A stretch of 64,000 bases of DNA from Candidatus Ozemobacteraceae bacterium (lineage in GTDB: Bacteria; Muiribacteriota; Ozemobacteria; Ozemobacterales; Ozemobacteraceae). Below, piece after piece: positions 17,642 to 27,440 of the stretch. Made by a program: the position numbers and the translations under genes. The stretch lies in NCBI GenBank assembly GCA_965140445.1, contig OZ223236.1:1472001-1536000 (forward strand). Reading direction: 5' to 3'. Position 1 is the stretch's first letter. Every line of letters begins with the position of its first letter. Under the pieces are notes generated by a model that saw only the letters and a program-made list of their open reading frames with translations, did not search any database and was not told the origin of the DNA.

Positions 17642-20600
17642 AAAGGTAATATTTTTGGTTAAAATACGCCCCCAACTTCAAATGTTACGCTTGCAACTCC
17701 TGCTTTTGTAGAAGATAAAGCAAAGTTTGCTATTCCCAGAGTTGCCTGAATTTGATGTGCATCAATCAAAGGGTAAGCATCTGCAGGAGAAAATGTTCCA
17801 AGGTCATTATAAAGATTTACACAAGTTCCATTTGGAACAAGGTCACCAGAATTACCTATAGCTGAGGTTACCGCTGAAACAGATGGATTGGGGGTCGTTG
17901 GGGAAATAATAAGGGTGTCAGTTGCCCAGTTTAGGCTTACAACTGGGATTTGAACCAAACTAATTGATGAATCTGTGCCGCTGGCTAATCCCAAAACCGC
18001 CCTCACGTTGGCTATTCCTGTTGATAAACCTGTTGCCTGAAGGCCAAATGAAATTTTTCCGGCAGCATCTGATTTTACCTGGTGGCCATCCCCTGGAATA
18101 CCGTTTGAATCAGCAGGTGAGAATGATCCACGATTGGTTAAAAGAGTTATTTCTGTATTAACGTTAATCGGATTGCCTTCTGTGGTCAAAATCGGAGAAG
18201 AAACATAATTTGAGGTGTGTGGAGGGTAAAGACCAACGTAGAGAGAGGTTCGGCTTGGTGTTAAGGTAAAAGTGCCGTATGCAGCTTCATAAATGCTGCT
18301 AACAGATGAATAAGTTCCCTGATTAAGAGCGTTGTCAATCAACTTCAAAAATACCAGGTAAGATCCGCCCTTTACCGCTGGTTGGATTGGAACGGCAGCT
18401 ACTCTATCAATTCCATCATTGCTCGGGAAGTTCGGAATTTCATAGATTATCGAGTAAGTCGTTCCAATGCTTAAAGCTGGACCAGCGGTTACATTGGCTG
18501 AAATAGAGTCGCCTCCATTGGCTGAAATTACCCCGGAGGTCGTAGGAAACTCCAGTTGCCCTCCTCCCAGTGATTTTGCAAACCAGACAGCTGTCCCAAC
18601 TGTGAGGGGGTTGTCAACATGGTCTGTAGCTGTAGTATCAATTCCGGAAACAACAGCAGTTAAGCTGTTTGTTGTTGCTGCCACTGCCTGACCAACACTT
18701 TTAAATGGATAAATCTGGACTCTCGATGGGTCCATGTTTGCTCCACTACCGGTGGTTCCGTCAGCGAGAAGTGGATCGGCTATTTTGGCATTAAAGCTCG
18801 GTAAGGAGTTTGTAACAGAACCATCTGAAGGATTAACTTCTGATGGGACAGGGGGAGTTTTATCCAGCTTAAATGGAAATTCTGAATTGGTAGTATGTGA
18901 GGTTGGCCTTGCGGCATCTGGAAGAGTCAGGCGGTAGTAATATGTTCCTTCAGCTGTTGGTATAGATGAAAGAACATATCTGTAACCGTATGTCATATTC
19001 GAAGTGTCATAGTCTTTATAAAGAGTTCCTGGGACTGCCGTTCCGCCGCCATCCTGGAAGGTTATTGAAGTAGCACCAATTTCAAGAAAAGAAAGAGTGC
19101 TTCCATCAGAAGTATCTTTTGCTTTAACCGAAAATTGTGAAGGAAATGGCCTTGCGTCTGCACCACTTAAGGCGTTATAAAAGGTTTCAGTCGGGAAGGT
19201 GTCAAAAGTAGTTGGTGCTGTGGTGTCACCTTTAACCCAATAGTATTCCCAATAGTTTAAGTATCTTGGCAGGTTTGTTGAATAATAGGTATTGGCAAAA
19301 GAACGAATTTGAAAATTTGTATTACCAGAGGCTCCTGCCTGATCTATAGACAAAAGTGCTGTATCATTGTTGGCAGAAACAACAGCAGAGGCTGTTACAG
19401 AACCTCCCTGAACTAATTCTACTGTTTGTGGAAATAGCTCAACTGGAACCGTAACCTTTATCAGCATTGCATTGCTATTGTCTGTAATTATGACTTCTTT
19501 ATTGTGAATTGTTCCGCCAGTTGTTCCAAAAAGGTTCCCGTAATTTGTCCATATTGGATATATCATGGATGGATCTGCAGCATTGCTAAACTCAATGGCA
19601 GTAGGGGGAGAAGGGGCTGGGTTCGGTGAGCTGATCCAGAGTTTTATTGGATAGTTATTTCTACATATGGCCCAGTCCTGGTCTACAAGAGTGTGGCTAT
19701 TTAAACCATTCGCCAAAGTTCGAAATGGAAATCTAAAGTAATTTGAATTTCCAATACTGTCCGGACCAGCCGCAATACTGCAGGAATAGCCCCATGCAAG
19801 AGCAAAAGTATGAGATTTTGAATCTACTCCGGCTGAAGCAGATGGTTGGGTTATGTCAGCCGCATATAAATTTCCATAAAACGCAACTGTGTTGAATTTT
19901 AGTGAGTGTGGTTCTGTTGTCGTATCTATCAATGCAGGATTAACAGCGGCTGGATCAATCATATAGGCGCCAGATGCCGCATTCCATTTATATTCTACCA
20001 GGTCTGCCAATGTTGGCCAGTTTGGCCATGGGATTGCTTCCATATCATAAACATAGAGCGACTTGATATTACAGTTCGCAGGAACTGTGTCAGCTGGAAC
20101 TTCTGCTATTTCACCTGGCTTTGTATTATCAATTACAAAGTCAAAGGAGTAGCTTTTGGTATTTCCTGCTTTATCACTTATCTGGTAGGCAAGGCGGTAG
20201 CGATGAAAAGTTTGCAAGCATTCTTTCCATGGAACTGTTGGTTCAAGACGTAAACGGTCAGCAGCGATAACATTAATTGAAGACGAAACTGGATTAGTGT
20301 AAGTTCCTACTGCCGGAACAGGATTTCCGGAATTGTCAATGTCTGTAAGGGTTATTACGGCTGTGTTTACGTCGAAATTTGATCCGCCTGAGTCTGAAAG
20401 ATAAAAATCTATAGTGTTCAGATTGTGGTCACTTCTAAGTGTTCCAAGGTAGTTTTCCCCTCGGACGTAACCATGAGTGTCATAAATCCTTCTCGTCATT
20501 ACCGGATTGGTTGTATCCACTACAATCGAAATGGTATTGGAAAAGCCGCTTTCCGCAAATCCATTGTTGGCTTTGACTTTGATGCTATGGTTGCCTGCTG

Positions 20601-23600
20601 AAAGACTTATTGTTGTGCTAAAAGCTCCGCTGCCATTAGAGATAACAGATTTACTGTAAACCCCGTCAATAAAAATTTGTATAAGATTAGAAGCTTCAGA
20701 TAAGCCTTGAACAGTAATGCCAGTAGTTTTATTGGTTGGCACAGGCACTCCTGGAACCGCATTTTTGCCGTCAACTTTAGTAATGGTTGGCGCGTTTGGC
20801 GGAGTTACTGCCCCGGTTATGTTGACGACAATTCCATTGGACCAGCTTCCCCAGTTGCCAATATTGCCAGCCTTATCTTTAACTCTTACCCGTGCGTAAT
20901 AGGTTTGTGTATTTTGTCCGTTCATAAAAATATAGGGGGAGGATGGACCAACCCATGGTTCTTCTACTAACCCTGAAGTATCAGGAGTAACTGAAACCTG
21001 AACCTGACAGTCATCTACGCCGCTTCTATCATCTGTTGGGGAAAAGTAGAAATACACATTTGAATCTACAGAAAAATGTTCGTCCGGGTCAGTGTTCCCT
21101 GGCCCAATGTCTGAACAGGCTACAGCTGGTGGGGCAACTCTATCGATTACCAGCGGAAGACTTTTTGCTGAAAGAGCTCCAATATTTCCGTCATTATCTC
21201 TGGCGCAAACTTTATACTCGTAAGAACCATCAGCAAGTCCAGACAAATTTAAAGAAAGAGTTGTCGTCGTTGCTATGAAAACAGGCGCGCCACCATTTGC
21301 AGACTGCCCTATGCTGTAATCTATGGTTCCAGCTCCGCCAATATCAGTGCTGGCATTCCATGAAAGTGTACTCGCCCCGGTATTTGTTGCCTGTGGAGAA
21401 ATGGTTAGCCCTGTTGGAGCAGGAGGCGGATATTTATCATTGAAAGTGACATTTATGTTTGAGCTTCTTCCACCAATTTGGATTCCCACAGTTGCTGTTC
21501 CCTTGGTGTTGGAAGTGATCACTGTTGAAGCTGAAGCGTTTATGACAGAAGATTGGACACCAGCCAGGTCTGATGAGTCATCGGGGGACAAGGTGCCAAA
21601 ATTAGTTGTGCAAGTAGCTAACGAGCCATCAGGGACATTTCTTGGAGCTTTGCCAAGATATGCTGTTGAAACTCGGGTTGAAGGAGATGGAGCTGAGGGA
21701 GTTATATCCAGACTCGTTGAAACTGCGCTGAGTGTGTAGGTATCTATCTGGTTAATTGCTAGAGGTGAACTGGTTCCCGATGCTAATCCAATTGCCCCAT
21801 AAACTGAAATTGATCCTGGGACCGCTGTTGTTGCTTTTATTCCAAAGCAAGCCTGACCGCTTCCAGGAGCTGCTCCATTTTGACCAAACAATACCTGATG
21901 CCCATCACCGGGTATCCCATTCGCATCAGCGGGAATAATGCTTGAAAGATTGCCTGGAATTTGAACAAGCGAAAGAGGCTGGCCATCTTGAACGGGATTA
22001 CCTTTTCTTGTTGTGACCGCTGAGGTCGTAAAGGTGCCAATGTCTGCTGGAATGAGCCCAGATAGAAGAAATGGTTGATCAAAACTGTAGGTAATGAGCC
22101 CTACAGGTACCTCAAGTGGACTCGATGTGGTAAAAAATGTTCCGGTATTATCTGCTCTATCTCTGGTAACAACTTTGGTAACATAGGTTCCATCCGCGGA
22201 TACAGGAGAAATTGGAACCGCGCCAACCCTATCTAATCCATTATTGGATGTGAAAAATGGTATGGGGTAGGTAATAACGTAAAATGAGTTTCTGGTATAA
22301 GTTCCCGGGTGTTTTACTTTAAATGTCCCGTCGCCATTAATTGTATCTACTGTGCCTTCTACTGCAGTAGAATCATAAAGCCCGGAAGATGTTATCCATA
22401 TTTGAACAGTGTCGCCAACAGAAAGGTTGGTTCCTTTATGGTCTGTCGGAACAAGCTCGCTGTCTGTAAGGGTGAAAGTCCATGTGTTTCGGCCATTGAG
22501 GGTTACTTTGCTTGGGAGTGAAAGCAATCTGAAAGGCCATATCTGTGGCTTGGAAACATCAATGTTTGCTCCAGATCCTGCGCTACCATCAGCCAGGTTC
22601 GGATCGACAACCTTGGCATTAAAACTTGTGAAACTGTTTGAAAGAGCACCATCTGCGGGAACAATGTCGGTGGCGTATGGTGGAGTATCGTCTATTTTAA
22701 AGGAGTTACTACTATTTTGAGTAAGATTGGTAAGATTATCTTCAAGATTGATTTCAATCTGATAAGTTCCTTCTGGGAGCGCAACAGAAGTTAAATCAAT
22801 ATCTGTTTGGAAAGCTAAATTTCCCAGATGAGACCATGAAGGAGCTGGGAGAGATAACAAAGTTCCTTGACCATTTCTAAGATTTACGGTTGATGCGGTT
22901 CCGTTAAGGTAGTAATGCCCACTCCATGACCATCCTCCAGAATAATTTCCGCCCCAGGTTTGCGCTTTCACGGTTAGAAGATTAGGTCTTTCGGAGGTGC
23001 GCCGGTAGGCAGAGGTATGTGCTGGCGAAAGGCTTACTCCATTTAGTAGTGGAGGGTATGTGTCGTTGTTGTGAGCTCTGACAACCCTGATGGCAGATGA
23101 TTTTCCAAGGTTATTTCTAACCAGAGCCCCAATGTAGGTTAAGGTATTATGATTGTACTCAACATTTAAAAAATTTATAAGAGTAAAAGACTCACCATCA
23201 CTTAATGCAGATGGCATGTCATAGAAATTTTCACCAGAATCCCATTCACCATTATTATTCGCATCATACCAGACATCACCATCGTCGTATGCTCCAGGCG
23301 TGTTTACGCTTGTTTGCCCTTCAGGCAAAATCACCTGGCTATATTGCGGAAGCCATGTTGTATAGCTGTAGTCTCCAAATCCAATTTGCACTGTTTGCCT
23401 GAAAGGCATTTTTGTAACAGTTCCTGTTACTGTTGGCCAGAGTCTTGAACCGATAATTGCAGGTTCACCACTTGGAACCCTTGTCTTTACGGGGAATGGA
23501 GTCCCTTCTAAAGTTTTAATATAAACATAGGCAGGAGTTCTTCCCAGGCAGTCAGCTGAGTCGCCAGCCCTAACATCAAGACGGATGTCGCCAAATGGAA

Positions 23601-24546
23601 AAACCAACCCGGGATACGTCAGCTCAAATTCTCCAGTGGATTGATTGATCAGATAAAGGCGTCTTCGAATGTAGTTCTCGTCTCCAATATAGGCAGAATC
23701 CCAGCCTTTCCACTCTTCGTTCCATTTGGTTACATGACCTTTTATTTTTATCGGGTTTGTAGCAACCGTCATATTTGGGAAATAATCTACCCAGCCTGCA
23801 ACTGGTATGTTAGCCGCCGTTTCTCCGTCGCCTGTGAAAAGGTTGTGCCCGGGGTCATAAATCTTATCAATAATAGGCGCTACAGGCCGAGCATCATAAT
23901 GCATATAAAATGTTTTTGATTGGACTGTTTCGTTTCCTGCTTTATCAGAAATAGAACCTGATAACCTGATTTTCCTATATGGCTGTCTTATGAGTCCCCA
24001 ATCAGCAGGGTAAAAATTTACCTGTCCACTGCCGTCATCGGATATTGTTCCTGGAATTGGAGTCCATGACACAACAGTATAATCATCAGGATTACCAGTG
24101 GTCGGCATATCAGCAAAATCTACTGAGATTGATGCTGTGGAGAAATCAATTCCCGCCAATGAATCTGAAACGTTTGCATATATAAGCCCAATATTACACT
24201 GATATTTTTGATTTGATCGACAACCAGAGTTTCCATACCATAAACCCATTGAAGGCAAGGTTGTGTCAATAACTACATCAACTCCAACACTTTGTTGGCT
24301 TAAGAAAATAGAGTCATAGGCCATTGCTGAAAATTCAAAACTTCCCTGGGGCTGTCCTGTTAATGGAATAGACCAAACTCCAGCACCGCTGGTTGTACCG
24401 GTAGCAATTTGCGAGGTCCCTCTGAAAAGTCTAATCTGAGTAGCCGCTTCTGCGTTTCCTTCTAGTGTTAAAGTGGTTGACGGAACAAAAATAGTGGTAT
24501 CAGGGGCGACAGCCTGCCCTGCTACTTTAGTAATGGTTGGAGCGTT
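17641..24546 (-). repeat. Protein-level tandem duplication of a ~3.75-kb (~1250 aa) supermodule
   Basis: Paired motifs: NAPTITKVAG / NAPTITKVDG; SFNAKVVDPNLADGSAGSGAN / SFNAKIADPLLADGTTGSGAN; PADANGIPGDGHQV / PADSNGIPGDGHQV; NDKYPP / LDRYPP. Confidence 0.85.
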
Positions 24547-24696
24547 AATTCCAAAAACAGCAGAAGGAAAAATTGAAAAAAGAAAAACCAAAAAAATTAC
24601 TGTAGATGACAAATCCGGGCAAAGTTGTTTCCCTTTTCTCGCCAACCTTTTTGCCCATTCCAGTCTGCTAATAACTCTAAGCAGGACAATATCCAT
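17659..24696 (-). CDS. N-terminal part of a giant exported Ig-like/FN3 adhesin (about 3306 aa if fused with 14777..17641)
   Basis: Hydrophobic signal-like segment ending AVFG; bacterial Ig-like DTTxP modules; Ca-binding-like DANNNGEWDSGE; ~1250-aa internal duplication. Confidence 0.85.
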   Translation of the reverse strand: MDIVLLRVISRLEWAKRLARKGKQLCPDLSSTVIFLVFLFSIFPSAVFGINAPTITKVAGQAVAPDTTIFVPSTTLTLEGNAEAATQIRLFRGTSQIATGTTSGAGVWSIPLTGQPQGSFEFSAMAYDSIFLSQQSVGVDVVIDTTLPSMGLWYGNSGCRSNQKYQCNIGLIYANVSDSLAGIDFSTASISVDFADMPTTGNPDDYTVVSWTPIPGTISDDGSGQVNFYPADWGLIRQPYRKIRLSGSISDKAGNETVQSKTFYMHYDARPVAPIIDKIYDPGHNLFTGDGETAANIPVAGWVDYFPNMTVATNPIKIKGHVTKWNEEWKGWDSAYIGDENYIRRRLYLINQSTGEFELTYPGLVFPFGDIRLDVRAGDSADCLGRTPAYVYIKTLEGTPFPVKTRVPSGEPAIIGSRLWPTVTGTVTKMPFRQTVQIGFGDYSYTTWLPQYSQVILPEGQTSVNTPGAYDDGDVWYDANNNGEWDSGENFYDMPSALSDGESFTLINFLNVEYNHNTLTYIGALVRNNLGKSSAIRVVRAHNNDTYPPLLNGVSLSPAHTSAYRRTSERPNLLTVKAQTWGGNYSGGWSWSGHYYLNGTASTVNLRNGQGTLLSLPAPSWSHLGNLAFQTDIDLTSVALPEGTYQIEINLEDNLTNLTQNSSNSFKIDDTPPYATDIVPADGALSNSFTSFNAKVVDPNLADGSAGSGANIDVSKPQIWPFRLLSLPSKVTLNGRNTWTFTLTDSELVPTDHKGTNLSVGDTVQIWITSSGLYDSTAVEGTVDTINGDGTFKVKHPGTYTRNSFYVITYPIPFFTSNNGLDRVGAVPISPVSADGTYVTKVVTRDRADNTGTFFTTSSPLEVPVGLITYSFDQPFLLSGLIPADIGTFTTSAVTTRKGNPVQDGQPLSLVQIPGNLSSIIPADANGIPGDGHQVLFGQNGAAPGSGQACFGIKATTAVPGSISVYGAIGLASGTSSPLAINQIDTYTLSAVSTSLDITPSAPSPSTRVSTAYLGKAPRNVPDGSLATCTTNFGTLSPDDSSDLAGVQSSVINASASTVITSNTKGTATVGIQIGGRSSNINVTFNDKYPPPAPTGLTISPQATNTGASTLSWNASTDIGGAGTIDYSIGQSANGGAPVFIATTTTLSLNLSGLADGSYEYKVCARDNDGNIGALSAKSLPLVIDRVAPPAVACSDIGPGNTDPDEHFSVDSNVYFYFSPTDDRSGVDDCQVQVSVTPDTSGLVEEPWVGPSSPYIFMNGQNTQTYYARVRVKDKAGNIGNWGSWSNGIVVNITGAVTPPNAPTITKVDGKNAVPGVPVPTNKTTGITVQGLSEASNLIQIFIDGVYSKSVISNGSGAFSTTISLSAGNHSIKVKANNGFAESGFSNTISIVVDTTNPVMTRRIYDTHGYVRGENYLGTLRSDHNLNTIDFYLSDSGGSNFDVNTAVITLTDIDNSGNPVPAVGTYTNPVSSSINVIAADRLRLEPTVPWKECLQTFHRYRLAYQISDKAGNTKSYSFDFVIDNTKPGEIAEVPADTVPANCNIKSLYVYDMEAIPWPNWPTLADLVEYKWNAASGAYMIDPAAVNPALIDTTTEPHSLKFNTVAFYGNLYAADITQPSASAGVDSKSHTFALAWGYSCSIAAGPDSIGNSNYFRFPFRTLANGLNSHTLVDQDWAICRNNYPIKLWISSPNPAPSPPTAIEFSNAADPSMIYPIWTNYGNLFGTTGGTIHNKEVIITDNSNAMLIKVTVPVELFPQTVELVQGGSVTASAVVSANNDTALLSIDQAGASGNTNFQIRSFANTYYSTNLPRYLNYWEYYWVKGDTTAPTTFDTFPTETFYNALSGADARPFPSQFSVKAKDTSDGSTLSFLEIGATSITFQDGGGTAVPGTLYKDYDTSNMTYGYRYVLSSIPTAEGTYYYRLTLPDAARPTSHTTNSEFPFKLDKTPPVPSEVNPSDGSVTNSLPSFNAKIADPLLADGTTGSGANMDPSRVQIYPFKSVGQAVAATTNSLTAVVSGIDTTATDHVDNPLTVGTAVWFAKSLGGGQLEFPTTSGVISANGGDSISANVTAGPALSIGTTYSIIYEIPNFPSNDGIDRVAAVPIQPAVKGGSYLVFLKLIDNALNQGTYSSVSSIYEAAYGTFTLTPSRTSLYVGLYPPHTSNYVSSPILTTEGNPINVNTEITLLTNRGSFSPADSNGIPGDGHQVKSDAAGKISFGLQATGLSTGIANVRAVLGLASGTDSSISLVQIPVVSLNWATDTLIISPTTPNPSVSAVTSAIGNSGDLVPNGTCVNLYNDLGTFSPADAYPLIDAHQIQATLGIANFALSSTKAGVASVTFEVGGVF

Positions 24697-24833
24697 TCAT
24701 GGCCTTTTTATTCTATTTGTAAGGATTGTACCTTAAGAATAGAGAAAAATTTGAATTGTGTAAAGGAATATTGGATTATTAGCGACTTTTAAGCCAGAAA
24801 AGCAATCCTGTTTTCCAAAACAAAAAATCTATG

Positions 24834-24862
24834 TTGAATCACATTAACTCTAATGATAAGCT
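24834..24862 (+). promoter_or_regulatory. Putative sigma70 promoter for the cotransporter gene
   Basis: TTGAAT-N17-TAAGCT with a TGn extension. Confidence 0.45.
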
Positions 24863-24898
24863 GCAGCAGTTGTGCATTATCGGAAATTGGAGAAATAA

Positions 24899-27163
24899 AT
24901 GAGTAATCAGGAAAAAACAAGAGGCCGTGGTGAGCCTGATGTTTCAAATAAATTTGGAACTTTTGGGGGAGTGTTCACCCCCAGCATACTAACTATTTTT
25001 GGCGTGATAATGTTTATGCGCGCCAACTTTGTAATTGGTCAGGCTGGTGTTTTTTATGCAATTTTAATTCTTGTAATAGCCAAGTTGATTACTCTACTGA
25101 CTTCTTTATCCATTGCCGCAATTGCAACCAATATGCAGGTTCGCGGTGGCGGTGCATATTTTATGATTTCCAGGGTTCTTGGCCCCGAATTTGGCGGAGC
25201 GATTGGACTGGCTCTTTTCTTTGCTCAGGCACTTTCTGTTCCATTTTATATTCTAGGTTTTACTGAGGCATTTATAAGAGCTTTTCCAGGGTTAAGCGAG
25301 CACTTTACAGTAATTGCTCTTATTTCTGCCGCTGCCTTATTCGTTGTAGCATACGTCGGAGCAAGCTGGGCGATAAAGACGCAATTTATAATTATGGTAG
25401 TTCTTTTTTCTGCTATATCTGCTTTTATGATCGGTGCTGGGTCTAATTTTTCATTTGAAATGCTTAAATTGAACTGGGGAAGCGGGTATACGGCTTCTTC
25501 TTCCGGCGGGACTTATAATTTCTGGCTGATATTTGCAATTTATTTTCCTGCAGTAACTGGAATCCTGGCGGGAATTAACATGTCTGGGGATTTAAAAGAA
25601 CCTGAAAAAAGCATTCCAGTTGGAACTCTTTATGCTGTGGGCGTTGGTTTTATTGTTTATTTTATTCAGGCTGTTATTTGTGGAGGAGCTTTTGCAAGAG
25701 CTGATCTTATAAACACTCCATATCAGGTTCTTGTTAAATGCGCACCTTTGGGGGCAGGATGGTTAGTTGCAGCTGGCGTTTATGCAGCAACACTATCGAG
25801 TGCATTAGGCAGCTATTTAGGCGCTCCTCGTATTCTTCAGGCAGTTGCCCGTGATGGCATTGTTGAAAATCTCAAGCCGTTTGCTAAAGGCACACCAGTT
25901 AATGATGAACCTAGAAGAGCCCTCATACTGACGGGGTTCTTAACTGTGCTGGTAATTCTTTGGGCAGGAAATGAAACTGAGGGTGGGGCATTAAATATTG
26001 TCGCCTCAATTATCTCTATGTTTTTCCTTTATACCTATGGGATGGTAAACCTGGCAGCATTCATTGAAGCATATAGCTCTAATCCGTCATTTAGGCCAAG
26101 ATTTAAATGGTTCCATTGGATTTCAGCACTGGTAGGGGCTCTTGGCTGTGTTGGAGCAGCTTTTTTGATTGACGCTAAAGCTGCTATTGGTGCAGTTGTG
26201 GTGCTTGCCTTATTGTTAAATTATGTTCGCAATAAAGAGTTGAAAAGCACTTTTGGAGATGCTAGACGCGGTTTTTTCTTTACTGCTGTTAGAGATAACC
26301 TGCTTAGACTTAGAGATATGGATGAAGATTCAAGAAACTGGCGACCAACGATTCTTGTTTTTTCAGGTAACCCAACATCCAGAGAAACTTTGGTTAGCTA
26401 TGCTGTTTGGCTTGAATCTGGACGTGGGATAGTTATCCTTGCGAATATTCTTCAGGGAACCACGGTAAATCTGGTTAGAAAAAGAGAAGCAGCAATAAAG
26501 CAATTGAACATGTTTTGTGCAGAAAAGGATATTCAGGCATTCCCTCAGGTAGTTATAGCTCCGGAAATTGCATCAGGAATCAGCATGTTTCTACAGGCCT
26601 CATCGCTGGGACCAATTAGACCAAATATAACAATGTTTGGTTGGTCAGAAGAATATAAGAGCATTGATATGTTGATGAAATATCTGCGTGAAGCAGATCA
26701 TATGAAGATGGGGCAGGTTTTGTTGAACGATTGCGGAATGCCACCAGTTAAGGGTAAAAAGCGTATTGATTTATGGTGGAGGGGGCGAAAGAATGGTTCC
26801 CTTATGATGGTTCTTGCTCACTTGTTAGTGAATAACTGGGAATGGGCTGGAGCAGAAATCAGAGTTTTAAGACTTATTGAAAATGAAGCTGGAAAAATGC
26901 CAGCTTTAGAAGCTTTACAAAAACTGGTTGAGTCTGCCAGAGTGGGTGCTATCGCCGAAACTATTGTTTCTGATAAGCCTTTTATAGAAGTTCTCCATGA
27001 AGTGTCAATTGACTCAACATGCATAATGCTTGGTTTTGAAATTCCACCTGAAGGGGCTGAAGGTGGATGGTATGAATTTAATAAAAAGATGCTTAGAGGG
27101 CTTCCTACTACAATGCTGGTGCATTGCTGCAGGGATGATGATTTGCTTGAAGAAGGACTCTAA
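24899..27163 (+). CDS. Cation-chloride cotransporter (SLC12/CCC-like, APC superfamily)
   Basis: FGTFGGVFTPSILTIFGVIMFMR, FPAVTGILAGINMSGDLKEP, GAPRILQA, cytoplasmic domain with NWRPTILV and IDLWW. Confidence 0.88.
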   Translation: MSNQEKTRGRGEPDVSNKFGTFGGVFTPSILTIFGVIMFMRANFVIGQAGVFYAILILVIAKLITLLTSLSIAAIATNMQVRGGGAYFMISRVLGPEFGGAIGLALFFAQALSVPFYILGFTEAFIRAFPGLSEHFTVIALISAAALFVVAYVGASWAIKTQFIIMVVLFSAISAFMIGAGSNFSFEMLKLNWGSGYTASSSGGTYNFWLIFAIYFPAVTGILAGINMSGDLKEPEKSIPVGTLYAVGVGFIVYFIQAVICGGAFARADLINTPYQVLVKCAPLGAGWLVAAGVYAATLSSALGSYLGAPRILQAVARDGIVENLKPFAKGTPVNDEPRRALILTGFLTVLVILWAGNETEGGALNIVASIISMFFLYTYGMVNLAAFIEAYSSNPSFRPRFKWFHWISALVGALGCVGAAFLIDAKAAIGAVVVLALLLNYVRNKELKSTFGDARRGFFFTAVRDNLLRLRDMDEDSRNWRPTILVFSGNPTSRETLVSYAVWLESGRGIVILANILQGTTVNLVRKREAAIKQLNMFCAEKDIQAFPQVVIAPEIASGISMFLQASSLGPIRPNITMFGWSEEYKSIDMLMKYLREADHMKMGQVLLNDCGMPPVKGKKRIDLWWRGRKNGSLMMVLAHLLVNNWEWAGAEIRVLRLIENEAGKMPALEALQKLVESARVGAIAETIVSDKPFIEVLHEVSIDSTCIMLGFEIPPEGAEGGWYEFNKKMLRGLPTTMLVHCCRDDDLLEEGL

Positions 27164-27387
27164 AAAAAGCTCTTGATGATACTCTGCAAATCAGCAGCAA
27201 GTGTGAATAAAGCGCATCCCACTATTAATATCCATATTGGGAGACGTTGCATAAAATAAGAATCTGGTTCATTGGAAAATTCGGAATCTTCTGGTTCTGA
27301 AACCAGATCATTCCAATGATGAAAGCCATAAAAGAAAAAGGCCAGCATCAAAATAAAGACGCAAAAGTTAAATAAAACTATCCACAT
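27160..27387 (-). CDS. Small two-TM membrane protein
   Basis: 75 aa with two hydrophobic helices; GAGGT SD upstream. Confidence 0.6.
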   Translation of the reverse strand: MWIVLFNFCVFILMLAFFFYGFHHWNDLVSEPEDSEFSNEPDSYFMQRLPIWILIVGCALFTLAADLQSIIKSFF

Positions 27388-27440
27388 AATTACCTCTGTG
27401 GACTGATTTTATACTCCATTAACAGATAAATCAATTGGGA

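Noticed and set aside
17659..17676. Canonical programmed -1 ribosomal frameshift at the adhesin break
   Set aside because: T GGG GGC and A TTT TAA do not fit the X XXY YYZ pattern and I saw no clear downstream stimulator; a DNA-level indel is simpler
14777..24696. Diversity-generating retroelement or CRISPR-like origin for the repeats
   Set aside because: Repeats are old and visible mainly at protein level; no near-identical TR/VR pair, reverse transcriptase or spacer array
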